Below, in pieces: positions 49,201-61,144 of a stretch of 64,000 nucleotides of DNA. The DNA is taken from the NCBI GenBank assembly GCA_965153355.1, contig OZ231126.1:6262001-6326000 (forward strand). The letters are read 5' to 3'. Under the pieces are notes generated by a model that was not told the DNA's origin, made no database searches, and saw only the letters and a list, made by a program, of their open reading frames with translations. The stretch comes from Flaccisagitta enflata (lineage: Eukaryota). Position 1 is the stretch's first letter; each line of letters starts with the position of its first letter. A program made the position numbers and the translations under genes.

Positions 49201-52200
49201 TGGAAGGAAATAGCGAACTGAATAAAGGCGGACGACCAAGAAGAGAGGATGGGACGGAGGAGGAAATGGAAAAATTGAGAAAACGGCGAGAAAGGTACGA
49301 GAGGCGTAAGGCAGAGAAAAAGGCGAATGGACGACCAAGGAAGGCGGAGGATACGCCGGAAACCGAGAAAAAGAGAGAGAAGGACAGACGGTATCGAGAG
49401 AGGAAGAAGGAGAAACTCTTGAAGATTAAACTATTTCCTAGATTACACGAGTCACACGTGCTTAGTGAGACAACCGGTGAAACACCCGATGATACTCACA
49501 AAGATCGGGTCGGAGATACACACGGAGACGCGCTTCGAGACACGCTTGGAGACACGCTTGGAGACACGCTTGAAGACACGCTTGGAGACACGCTCGAAGA
49601 CACGCTTGGAGACACGCTCGAAGACACGCTTGGAGACACGCTCGAAGACGCGCTTGGAGACACGCATGGAGACACGCTCAAGGATTTCCCAGCTTCAATT
49701 CTAAAATCTCTTCCCAATGTGAGTTGAGTGGATACGGCCATTACACTTTTTTTTATAAGAACATTTTTTTAAGCCTTTAAAAGAGAAAGAGATAACTTCT
49801 AATTTTTGGGCATTTTGAAGCCTTGATATTCTTATAAACTAGGTTCTTATAAGAACAAGGCCAAGTTATGGCCAATAAGTGCGCCTCGCTTGATTAAGAA
49901 TTTGTGGATTAACGTTTTGAACGAATGAATGAATGAATGAATGAATGAATGAATGAATAAAAGAATGAAAATGAGCGTGGTGAGGCATAAGAAGTGATAG
50001 TAATGAAGACGACAGAATTGGCCGTTTTGAGCGATTTAAACGATTGCGTTACCGACCGACCGACCGACCAACCAACCGACAGACATGACCTCTTATAGAA
50101 GTGCGAGGACGCACTTAAAAAGTGCATGTGAGATTAAAGAGGGAAGAAATCAAAGGTCATGGAATTATATACACTCCTATAAAAATTTAAAAACAGACGT
50201 GGGAGCGTAGTCTTGCAATATGGCATGCGACAGATGATGGAGGATGTATATAAGCTTTATGCAACAAAGTTGTCAAAATACTGGGTTTCAGCTTTTATAA
50301 GAAGCAAAGCTGGAACTGGGTCTTTAAAAAAGAAAAAAAATTGTAATTGTACATTTGGCAAAGCACAAGGAAAATAAACAAAACCAGATACACAACTACC
50401 CAAATCGCATACGGGCGGGCAGGGGTAATACCGTGGTGCAAAAACCGCGCGTAAACGCAAAAAAAAAAAAAATTAAGATGAACCAACCGACAGACGGACA
50501 TGGCAGGCCATAGTCAAGTTCACGCGACTGGAAAGACCATTTGCATCCTTTTGTACATCCAAATATTTTTCTCTTTTCAGGGGTAGGAAAGCTAAAAAGT
50601 TTTTAACTCGTTTTAACTCTTTTTAACTCTTTTTTAAATATTAAAAGTTATAATGAGTTAAAAAGAGTTAAAAAGAGTTAAAAAGAGTTAAAAAGAGTTA
50701 AAAAGAATAAAAAAGAGTTAAAAAGTTTAAAAAACTTAAAAAGAGTTAAAAAAAGTTAAAAAGAGTTAAAAAGGGTTGAAAACTTGATTCAAATTGTATC
50801 ATCTGAAAAAGTCTAAAAAGACTTAAAAAAAGTTAAAAAGGTGGACTAAAAAGTGTTAAAAAGTATTAAAAAGTGTTAAACAGATAGTCTAAAAAGAGTT
50901 AAAAAATGTTAAAAAGATAGTCTAAAAAGTGTTAAAAAGTGTTAAAAACATAGTCTAAAAAGAGTTAAAAACAGTTAAAAAGATGGACTAAAAAGTGTTA
51001 AAAACCGTTAAAAACATTTGCTAAAAAGAGTTAAAAACAATTAAAAAATTGACTTATACGAGTTAAAATCAGTTGAAGATCTACCTTTAAGTTTTAAAGT
51101 GGAAACTCCATCTAACATCCATATCTGACTACAAAATCATTTGAAACATTTGAAACCACAGCACCTGGAGTTTCACCTATGAGCAATAAGAACAAATGGA
51201 AAGAAAATATAAAATCAACTTGAGTCAACATGAAACAAGGCCGAATCCAGTCGCGGACAGTTGGACAGGAGCAGTAATGCAAAAACCGCTTGGAATTCAA
51301 AAATGTGACGGACCGACGGACCAACTTACCAACTGACATGGCAAGGTGTAGAGTCGCGTGTCCGCGACTAAAAATGTCAGATGGGAAAAAACCTTTTGAA
51401 CTCTTACACATCCTTTCAACTTAAGTTTTTTAACTCTTTTTAACTTTTTTTAACTCTTTTTAACTTTTGTTTTTAACTCTTTTTAACTTTTTTTAACTTT
51501 TGTTTTTAACTCTTTTTAACTTTTTTTTTTAACTCTTTTCAACTTTTTTTAATTCTTTTTTTTTAATTCTTTTTAACCCTTCTTTTTAACTATTTTTTAT
51601 TCTTTTTAACTCTTTTTAACTCTTTTTAGCCTCAGTTTTTAACCTATACTTTTTAACTGATTTTTGTTGAACTTGTACAAGGTATTACCTTTTAACTCTT
51701 TTTAACTCTTTTTAACTCTTTTTAGAAAAAGTACTTCCAACTTCAGTTTTTAACTTTTTTCAACGGGGGTTTTTAACCCTTTTTAACTCTTTTTAATTCT
51801 TTTTAACTCAACATTAAAAGTTATAATGAGTTAAAAAGAGTTAAAACGAGTTAAAAACTTTTTAGCTTTCCTACCCCTGTCTTTTACAGCCAAAGCGAAA
51901 ATCCCAAGAGGTTCTTCTCTTGTCTCCCTCCAAAGAGGTTCAAGGTCGGTTTGTTCGTCCGAGCGATGATGTCACGCCAAAGGAAAACTCAGCTATGGCG
52001 TCATGGAGACCAAAGCGACGACGGTCATCGTCCTTATCGTCTTCTGCTCCAAATTCCAATCCATCATCTCCTTCCTCCTCACGCTGCTCTTCTCCAGCCC
52101 CAGCTTCCACGGTGTCAACTCCTTCATCCTCTCGTTGCTCCTCTCCAGCCCCAACAACAATCTCAACTCTATCGTCGTCACGCTGCTCTTCCCCATCTCC

Positions 52201-53731
52201 CTCATCTTCATCACGATCTTCCTCTATTGTAAGACGAGGACCCAAATTGAAACGGGACAAAGATGGAGTGGGTGATGAAAAGAAAAAGAAGGAAAAATTA
52301 AGAAAGCGGAAGTGGAGGAGGAAAAAAGAAAAGGACGAAAGGGAAGGAGAAAGATTGAAAGTTGAAAACCGCCAAAAGAACAAAGCGCGCATCAACGATT
52401 TCCGTCGCCGTCAGAGAGAAAACGTCGAGAAAGAGGAAGAGTCGGTGGAATCTGACATCGCAAGAAAGATTGTTACAAATCTTCGGGCTCGTTTGGACAA
52501 AAATAGAGGTACATGCAGCTATTTGAAAGTTTTGGTGATCAAGTTACCTGCATAATCAAAAATTCCTCTAAGCCAGAAACAAGGTCGTATACACGGCCAA
52601 TACCAGTCGCGGACGGGTGGGCAGGAGCGGAAATGCGTGTTTTCTCACTTTTCGACTCGATCACCACGGACCGACCGACCGACCGACCGACCAACCAGCG
52701 GACGGACGGACAAAGCCTCTTATAGAGTCGCTAGTCCGCGACTAGAAAATGCAATCCCAACTGTTACTGTATGAGAAGTTCTAAAACCTTTGATATTTTT
52801 AGTCGCGTACACGCGACTCTATTATCTTGTTGGTTCATCCGTCTGTTGGCCTGTTACGCTCTGCGTTTTTTTCGTTTTTAAGATGTTTTTATTACTTACT
52901 ACTCCTGCTCAAATGGTTCGTTAGTCTATTTCATCACTGGTCCTGCCCATCCCCACGCGACCTAGGTAGCCATGTATATAGCCTTTAGTTGCATGTACAG
53001 AACTACACTTCTCAGTCCGTCCATCAGTTTGACCGTTCATGTTAACATATTGCACGCACGTAACTAATAGGTTATGGTCTTGTTTGCTCAGGAAATGGAA
53101 CAATGGACAAGGAAGAACGGGCGTTTCGCCGAATGATTGCTCGAGCAGTTGTTGCCGGTCCTGAGCCATTGACGCGTGACGAGATCCATGCCAGTCTGGG
53201 AATCAGCAAGAACATGGTGGCGGATGCTCGGAAGGCTGAGGCGGAAGAAAAGCAACGAGTAACTGAGGCTCGTGCTACCGGTCGTCGCCTTAAATCGCGC
53301 CTTGTTACCAGTGCACTCGAGCGTCGTCGAAAAACAAACAAGATGGCTGAAATGCGTCAAAAAGTAAAAACATTTTACATAGCAAAATCGACTCCGACAT
53401 CAAGAAGAAGGGACGTCATGAAATGTTGGGTTAGTTGACGGGACTAAAAGCACAATTCTCTTTATGAATTTTTAGTCGCGTGCACGCGACATTACACCCG
53501 GATTGTGGGTCTGTCCGTCAGTCGGTCCATCACACTTTTACTTTTTTATCAATCTTATTTCTTTAAGTCATTTTAGATCAATCACTTTAGTCGCGGACTA
53601 GCGACTAAGAGGCTTTGTCCATCCATCCGTTGGTCTGTTGGTAATGATCAAGTTCAATAGTGCGAAAACGCTCATTTGCGCCCATGCCCACCCATTCGCG
53701 ACTGGTATTGGCCTTGTTTTTCAAAAGATGA

Positions 53732-53781
<50 letters not shown>

Positions 53782-56700
53782 AAGAGACGCAGTAATGCAA
53801 GAGGGCAGGGGCTGTGATATTAAGTCATCCAAAATTTTGCGTTACAGACAGAGACCTATCAAAAGCCCTAGCAAGCGACCAAAAACCAATGGCAAAATAT
53901 TGTAATAATGAAGGTGGAATAATGTAAGTGTTTTTGACTATAGGTATCGGGAGTTCAAGAGACGCATCAAAAACGGTTCCTCTCCGACACCATCACTCGA
54001 CTTCACATCGAATTTGTTCGTCGACATGGCCGAATTTCACGTGGTCGGTTCTTCTCTTTGCGACCAAAATGGGTTCTCCCCCCAAAAGACTTAGACCGAC
54101 TGGTACATCGTTTGTTACTGATTAAGGACTCAATAGGGTTGTAGATAGTGCGAGGGGGGTCAATAACAAAAAAATTGATGGTTCATTTGCTGTGATTTCC
54201 ATACTTTTGACCAAATATGAAATATCTAAACCAGGTTAATTTTTGTTCCAACAGGTATGCCTTTGCTCCACTCACACGAAGTTGAAGTTTGCCTTTGAGG
54301 ACTTTATCAAAGCCAGCAAGAAAAATGGCATTTCCTTGCCGGATATCGACCACTACGTGGAACTCATTGACGAATTTCTCTGCTCAGAGGATGAGCGAAC
54401 GAGAGATTGCCTGAAGGAGAAGTGCAGCAACTGTGGCATAAAGTCACTTGACATGCCTCTCTTTGAGCCATTTTTGCGGGGAATCGACAACAGCGTAGTT
54501 ACTTATCGCTCATTGGAAAAAGACGAAAATGGCCGTCTGGGTATTCAAGATAAATCTGGGACGCCTCAACAACTTGTCGATCATTTGAAAAACCAACTGC
54601 GCGGATTTCCTCTTCATCGATTTGTCGCCAAAAATCAACCAAAGGAGATGAATTTCCTACTCAAAAACTTAAATCCAGATGTGTTGGTCCTGTCCAGTGA
54701 TTATGCAGAAAAGTATCAGCGGAAAGAGTTTGAAGAGATACAGAGCATCCACTGGCACGCTCACTCTCTAACGATTTTCACCACCGTCGCTTTTTTCCTG
54801 ATCCCCGATCCTGACAACCCTCATGCATTCAAAAAGACCAAAGTCTACTTTTTCATAACAACCGAAAGACCTGAACAAGATAACTATTTCGCCGCGTTTT
54901 GTTACCGCCTCATCATCAAGTGGATCCATGACAATTTCAAACTAACCTTCACATCTTGCGTTTTCGGATCAGACAGATGCGGACAACAGTTTTGTAGTCG
55001 CAAGGTCTTTGGTTCCATCGCTGAGTCAAGACGAAATCTGTGCCTCAACCACACAACCACCGCTCCATTGTGCCCCAATTGTCCTCAGGCCATCATCCAC
55101 TTCACCGGCGCGGGACATGGCAAAGAAGAACACGACCATGTAGGCGCTTATGGTAAAACCAAGATGAGACTGGAAGAGTTGCATCAACGCCCACTTCGTA
55201 GCATCGAAGATGTCGCGAACTTTCTCCAGACCCTCAACTTTGTCGACGTACATAAGACCAAGTCTGGCAAAGAAGACACCAAAGGCTTTTTCTACAGTGG
55301 TTTCCATGCAGAGGTGGTGGAGCCAGCTGCCGTTCATACTTCCAAAATAGATTGGGATCCAATTGATCAAACCCGAACCCTACACCAGCTCATCACAACG
55401 GGGGTGTCAGGAGAACTCTTGGTTCATGAGTCCAGTTGCTTTTCCTGTGCAGAATGTGAATTTGGAAATTATGCTGCCTGCAAACGCACAGAGGAGCTTG
55501 GACCAATCAAAAAAGTCGTGATGAGTCGCGCTTCATCCAACTCCTCAGCACATAAAGCCGGTAGATCCCGGGCAGCGCAAGACTTACATCGTTACGAATG
55601 CGCCAAGCTTGCCCAGTCTGGCTCAATCATTGCAATAACTCAAGGTCAACATCAACACTTGAACCTCATTCTTGTTACCAAGGCCATGGGAGAGCTGACT
55701 GACCCAAATTTGCTGAAAGGGAGAGTCCTCATTAAGACCAAAACTGCCAATGAATTCACATCATTAGGCTCCAAACTGCTCTCCTTCAGCGCAGAGCTGG
55801 TTAGATCACCACCTCTGGATATTCAGATTTCCCAAGTCACTGTCAATGGCAAGATTGCAACGATTTTTCATATCGGTGAGCTCGAATTCAGCAGCCTTGT
55901 GGCAGAGTATCAATTTTGAGTTTTAAACATGTGCTTTGGGAGAACGAGGGATGACAGATTTAGTTTATCTCTTGTTTACATGTTTTTATCCACATCGCGA
56001 CAGTCACGTCGCATCTTATGAAACTGTTCATTCTTTTTTTCGGGATGTTAACTTAGTCTCAATGACCTACATTTTTCAATGACTCGAATATGCAGACCTG
56101 ATGTCACTTGTCGTTTATTCTCATCTTTCCTTCATTTCTTCTTACATGCTGTCTACGACATTCTCTATTACTATTGGTATGTGCATTTGTCATAGTTACA
56201 ACAAAAAAACTGCCTAGAGACATTTGCTTTGCATTTGAATTGATTCCGAAGTTTGTGAGCTTGGTATGTGCTCGTTTGTATTTTTCTCGGGTGAAAGTTG
56301 TATAAAAAAATTTCAAAAACTAACCATATGCTGGGTGACTGGGCCGAGTTTGTCGGGCTGGATTTGTAAAGACATGAACACGCGACTTGTGATGTATTTT
56401 TAAGCATTCACATCAAGTTAGAGCTCAATCCGATTAAGTTTCTTCACTACTCACATCGTCTAGTTGGTATGATAATATGCCCATAGATTATTTTTAAATT
56501 ATGAACTGTTGCCTCCTGACTATTCATACAAAACTTTAACCAAATTGGTTGAAAAATGCCAAAGCTATACACGTTTTTGACTTTTAGGCTGGTAGGCTGG
56601 TTGGGTGGTAGGCCAGTTTGGCTGGTTAGCATACTAAAATCTTTATAAATCGAATTCATATGTGGAGTCCTTCCATTTAGAGACTACATACCAAGTTACA

Positions 56701-59700
56701 ACCGAATTGGTTGAAAAATGCCAAAGTTATGCACGTTTTTCACTTTAAGGGATGTAGGCTGGTTGGGTGGTAGGCTAGTTTGGCCGGTTAGCATGCTAAA
56801 ATCTTTACAAATCAAATACATATGTTGAGTCCTTCCATTTAAAGTCTATATACCAAGTTTTAACCAAACCGGGTGAAAAATGCTAAAGTTATGCACGTTT
56901 TTCACTTTTAGGGATGTAGGCTGGTTGGGTGGTAGGCTGGTTCGGCCGGTTAGCATGCTAAAATCTTTACAAATCAAATACATATGTTGAGTCCTTCCAT
57001 TTAAAGTCTACATACCAAGTTTTGACCAAACCGGATGAAAAATGTCTAAGTTATTGCACTTTTTCATTTTGGTTGGTTGGCTGGTTAGCTGGTAGGCTGG
57101 TTTGGCTGGTTGGTTGGGTCGTATCCATATGAATCTTACTTCACTGATAAGTCGGTGTCTTTAGCACTTGTGTTTCAAATTTGAGCCAGATCGGAGAAGT
57201 ACTTTAGTTTTTATTTAAGTTTTTGTACAGCTATATCCCACTCTTGAATTACGCGGCAAAGCGTCGAAACGTCCAAACTGTTACAATTACATCATCTCCT
57301 CCATTTCTTCTAGAGAAAGGGTCAAGAAATGAGCGACCTGCCTTAAAAATTAAATCGGACGTCGCCAACTATTTATTCTTGAATGAGTAACTGTTCAGTA
57401 CGTTCTTCATGGACATACGCGAATTTGTGGCACAAGATAAAATAGCGGGACCCATAAGGGACTATTAAAAAGCGTCGAAACGTCCAAACCGTTACAATTC
57501 ACGGAGAAAATTGACACCCTGAAAACTTGGGTGTCAAATCATCGAAGCGCCGTAGAAACTTACGTGAGCGCAGATCAGGATTACTACGGTCAAAGACAAA
57601 GATGAAAAGTCTCATGATACAAACACTAATAATGCAAATAAAATAATAAAAACTATTACTATTTTTTGCCTATTATCGGACGAAATTGCGCATTGCCTCG
57701 ATAGATACAAACATGCCTCATTTTCTTCAAATTTATCTTTTTCATGCCTTTTTTTTTGCTCAGGTCTTGTCATTTGGGACAAGATGAGATGAAAAACGAT
57801 CACGTATGACGTTTTTTTGTTCTTTTTATGTTTAACATTACAAAAAATAGCAAATGTTACAAATTTGTTACATGAGAAATCCCCCATTTCAGCATAGTTA
57901 TATCATAAAAATGAGACATTTTTACGTGCCTACTCCAGATATTTAGGTATATTTCTTTCACTTTTGCCTCAGGGTATTACTTTAAGTCAGCCAATGCAAT
58001 AGAGAGCCGATAGGGAGAGAATTATTAGCTCAAAACTACTAAAAATTGGACCGTCAGCTAAAATTTGGAAAGGACCCATTGGTAACTAAAGCTTATGACT
58101 ATACAAGTGGCGTCACCAGAGCGATTTTGCAATTTCCATTCCAGTCTCAAATTATAGTGGAAAATCCTTGATTTTATGAACTTATAATAATATTTAATTT
58201 CAATACTTTATTAAGCCATATCTTGACTTAAAAAATCAAAATGAAAAATCGCTCAGGTGACGCCACTTGTACTAATATAAACATTTTTCTTCTACCTTTA
58301 GAATGTCTATAATCTAATCGGTTAGAGCTGTAGGTGGGGGTGCTACAGTTTTCAGGGGGTTCACACCTTATATTAACCTTCTCTCTGTAGTTATTTTAGC
58401 AAATTTTAAAAGTGTTTTAGTATTGTGAGGTGTTTTAGCAATATACTTAGTTTTAGCAATGAGTTTTAGCTAAAGTTTTAGCAATTTTTAGCGTGCTTTA
58501 GCAATTTTTAGCATGTTACAGCATATTTTTACTGTTTTAGCATATTTCTCCTTTCTCGGAAATGATCCTAAAAATGCTAAAAAATGCTAAAAAACGCTTT
58601 AGCTTACCACCCCCTGTATTAGTTTATTACAGAATAGCGGTTAGAGAGATTTAACAGCACTGACTAAATCATTGGACAATATTTTACAATCAGGCCACTC
58701 CAAGTGTCTTGGCAGCCACAGCGATGATGGCTTCTACGATTGGCCTAGTCGCCGCACTTCGACAACGGGCGTCCTCAGAAGGTGTGTTTCTACATAAATT
58801 CAAGCCGAATACTCTTGTCAGTCCCAGTTGGGGAGGGAAAGGGCACTGGGCAGGGGCAGAAACATGCTAGTTTTCATCAGGATATGCCTTTCATACGCAC
58901 CGTGTCACAATTTCTACTAACAGTGGTAACGAAGGGTGATCAAAAGCGGAAACGAAATCGTAGGAGTCGGCTTGGGAAAATAGTCGACGGCGGCGGCAAG
59001 GCGAGACGCCAGATGCTAACCGCCAAAGATGAGCAAGACAAGAAATGGAAAAAGGAAGATTTTATAAAATTCATCAAGGGGAAAGTCTTAGACGGAGTTG
59101 ATATCGAGGAATGGAAAGAAATCTCTCAGGTTGCAGGGGTGTATTTAATTGAATTTATTTCCCCCAGGGGTGTATTTAATTGAATTTATTTCCCCCCCCC
59201 CCCCATGCCTTTTTCTTCGCATTGTGTTGCGTCATAAAAACTATGGTTTTCTTCCCCACAAAGCAATAAAACAGTATAGTATAATTAGTATAGGTTTAAA
59301 TAGGGTTAAACTGTGTTGTAGTAATCAAATTTTTACTTTTGGTACTACCAAAAGTACTAAATCTTTAAAAAAAAAGCTTAAAAACAACAGTCCTCGACTG
59401 TAGTCTATTTGGTGTCCAACCCGGCTACTCAGTCTGACCCGGCTACTCAGTCTGACCCGGCTACTCAGTCTGACCCGGCTACTCATTCTGACCCGGCTAC
59501 TCAGTCTGACCCGGCTACTCAATCTGACCCGGCTACTCAGTCTGACCCGGCTACTCAGTCTGACCCGGCTCCTCAGTCTGACCCGGCTACTCAGTCTGAT
59601 CCAGCTACCAATTGCATACCTTAAAGTCCATGATGGCATACCTTGAAGTTCATGGTGGCATACCTTGCAGCCTATGATGGCATACCTTGAAGCCCATGAT

Positions 59701-60732
59701 GGCATTCCTTGAAGTCCATGAAAGCATTTTTAAAAAAAAATAAAAATTTTTTTCAAAGAAAAAAAAATATTTCAAAAAAAAAAAAAATTATTTCAAAAAA
59801 AAATTTTTTTCGAAAAAAAAATATTCTTAAGTCCAAGAAATAATGTTACTAGGTACATCATAAATACCCTTATATTTTCTTAACCAATACTCAGAATTTA
59901 CTGAAATCTTGCAGGGGAGCTTTAATTGATGCAATGAACCTTCACAACAAGTTTGAACAACATTGGTGAACCTTTACTACCATTCCCCTATGTAAATTGC
60001 GCAAGTCTAGGAATTAATATTACTAGCAAAATACCCTTATATCTTCTTAACCAAAACTCAGAATTATCTGAAATCTTGCAGGGGAGCTTTAATTGATGCA
60101 ATAAAACTTCACAACAAGTTTGAACAACATTGGTGAACCTTTACTACCATTCCCCTATGTAAATTGCACAAGTCCAGGAATTAATATTACTACAAAAATA
60201 ATAGGCAAAGGGTATTAAATATTTATGAATGTTGTTGAAAGTTGGTACACAGGTTAGTAATGCCCTCAAAATAACACTGACCAAGTTTCATCAATATCTG
60301 AGTTGAGGTTCTAAAGTTTTTAAGGGTTGACACAACGACAAACGACTCACTACACGATCAAGGCTATGTTATAGTCCTCGACGTAAACTGATTGTCGAGG
60401 ACAAAAATTTTTTTCAATCTTTTGATTTTTCCCCCGTCCCCAAATTTTTTTATTTTATTCCCCCCAACTTTATACACGCCTGTCAGGTTGTCAAAGAGAA
60501 CCTCGCCAACGCCGACGCCCCAGCCGAGCAAATCACCGAAGCTCTCGAACAATGGGAAGAAGCTGACCAAACCGTTCAACAGAAATTGGAAAATGGAGAA
60601 GAGATCGACTGGGAAGCAGTGTTTAAGCAAGCGGAGCAACTACACCCACAAAACAGAATTTTCAGTACGATCGTTTTTGGTACCGTTTATGGTGTCTTTA
60701 CTGCAGTGGCATCGTCCTGCAGTATTTCTTGA
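46249..60732 (+). CDS. Uncharacterised ~231-aa membrane protein (signal peptide, hydrophobic segment, C-terminal hydrophobic tail ending CSIS)
   Basis: Five GT-AG exons join without frameshift: 46249-46310, 46472-46565, 58694-58781, 58924-59129, 60487-60732 (696 nt). Translation: MCEKSTVVGVVSLAILATVIG-SSLARSNVTNATNGT...ATPSVLAATAMMASTIGLVAAL...RIFSTIVFGTVYGVFTAVASSCSIS*. No family recognised. Confidence 0.6.
46683..47062. mobile_element. TA-flanked CAC...GTG MITE
   Basis: TA|CACTCTTTATTTT...AAAATAAAGAGTG|TA with repeated TAAGGAC motifs. Confidence 0.75.
49086..55919 (+). CDS. Sola2-like DDD transposase, five exons, ~1137 aa
   Basis: Exons 49086-49718, 51890-52508, 53092-53429, 53944-54102, 54255-55919 splice in frame (3414 nt). 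Motifs: QKRFL...FFSLRPKWV...CLCSTH; C-x9-C-x4-C-x2-C; DYAEKY...EIQSIHW (D at 54699); SDRCGQQF (D at 54972); GHGKEEHDHVG (D at 55134). N-terminal GRPR AT-hook-like motifs. The family call is from remembered motif patterns. Confidence 0.85.
49744..50124. mobile_element. Short CAC...GTG MITE (family of the 16539 element) with a short HINE-like insert (~49853-50120) in its right TIR
   Basis: CACTTTTTTTTATAAGAAC ... CTTATAAACTAGGTTCTTATAAG [insert] AAAAAGTG. Confidence 0.65.
50578..51879. mobile_element. Non-autonomous hAT-like element in transposase intron 1
   Basis: TIR of about 50 bp (CAGGGGTAGGAAAGCTAAAAAGTTTTTAACTC...), 6-bp TSD TCTTTT, and GAGTTAAAAA arrays in both orientations. Contains a short HINE-like insert at ~51233-51373. 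Confidence 0.88.
56520..57120. repeat. ~180-bp tandem repeat, about 3.3 copies, in the 3' non-coding part of the Sola2-like element
   Basis: Recurring GAAAAATGCCAAAGTTATGCACGTTTTTCACTTT...GTAGGCTGGTTGGGTGGTAGGC...GAGTCCTTCCATTTA. Confidence 0.85.
59381..60407 (-). mobile_element. Long DINE-1/HINE-like element, copy 3
   Basis: Colinear with 11374-12490, including both ends and the hairpin. Confidence 0.75.
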
Positions 60733-61084
60733 GGCAGGGTTGCAGAAAATTCCATAAGTCCGAGGCACGCCTATTTTCCAACGGTATAGGTCCGACCTTT
60801 GGAATTTCTCTCGCACCACCAAAAGCTATCAATTTCTGAAATCTATACTCTTATGAAAAAAAAGTTTATACATACGTATAAATACAAGCATAAGACACCA
60901 AATATTTACAGAGCAGAATTCTTGTTTGTCTAAGCATCAAAAAGATAAACCAGGTCGGATACACGAACAACGAATCCTATAGGCAGTCGTTTGTGGTTGG
61001 GTAGGGTCAGAGAATCTGTCTCTCTGTCTCTCTCTGTCTCTCTGTCTCTCTGTCTCTCTGTCTCTCTGTCTCTCTGTCTCTCTG

Positions 61085-61144
<60 letters not shown>

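Larger units (their letters stand above)
48290..58387 (+). mobile_element. Full-length, potentially autonomous TIR DNA transposon (Sola2-like), 10.1 kb
   Basis: Imperfect ~60-bp TIRs: left CAGAGGAAGGAGAAATATAAGATGTGAACCCCCTAAAACTGTAGCACCCC, right (reverse complement) CAGAGAGAAGGTTAATATAAGGTGTGAACCCCCTGAAAACTGTAGCACCCC. TA on both flanks. Encloses the transposase gene. Confidence 0.9.
47076..58616. mobile_element. Non-autonomous hAT-like element (~1.4 kb) split by the Sola2-like insertion
   Basis: TIR CAGGGGGTGGTAAGCTAAA at both ends, 6-bp TSD TATTAG, and many GTTTTAGC subterminal motifs on both sides of the insertion. Confidence 0.85.

Noticed and set aside
60698-60796. Possible last exon of the zinc-finger gene overlapping the plus-strand gene's 3' CDS in antisense
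   Set aside because: Phase-compatible, but a nearer acceptor (~61804) gives an immediate stop and nothing favours this exon; it cannot be supported without transcripts.
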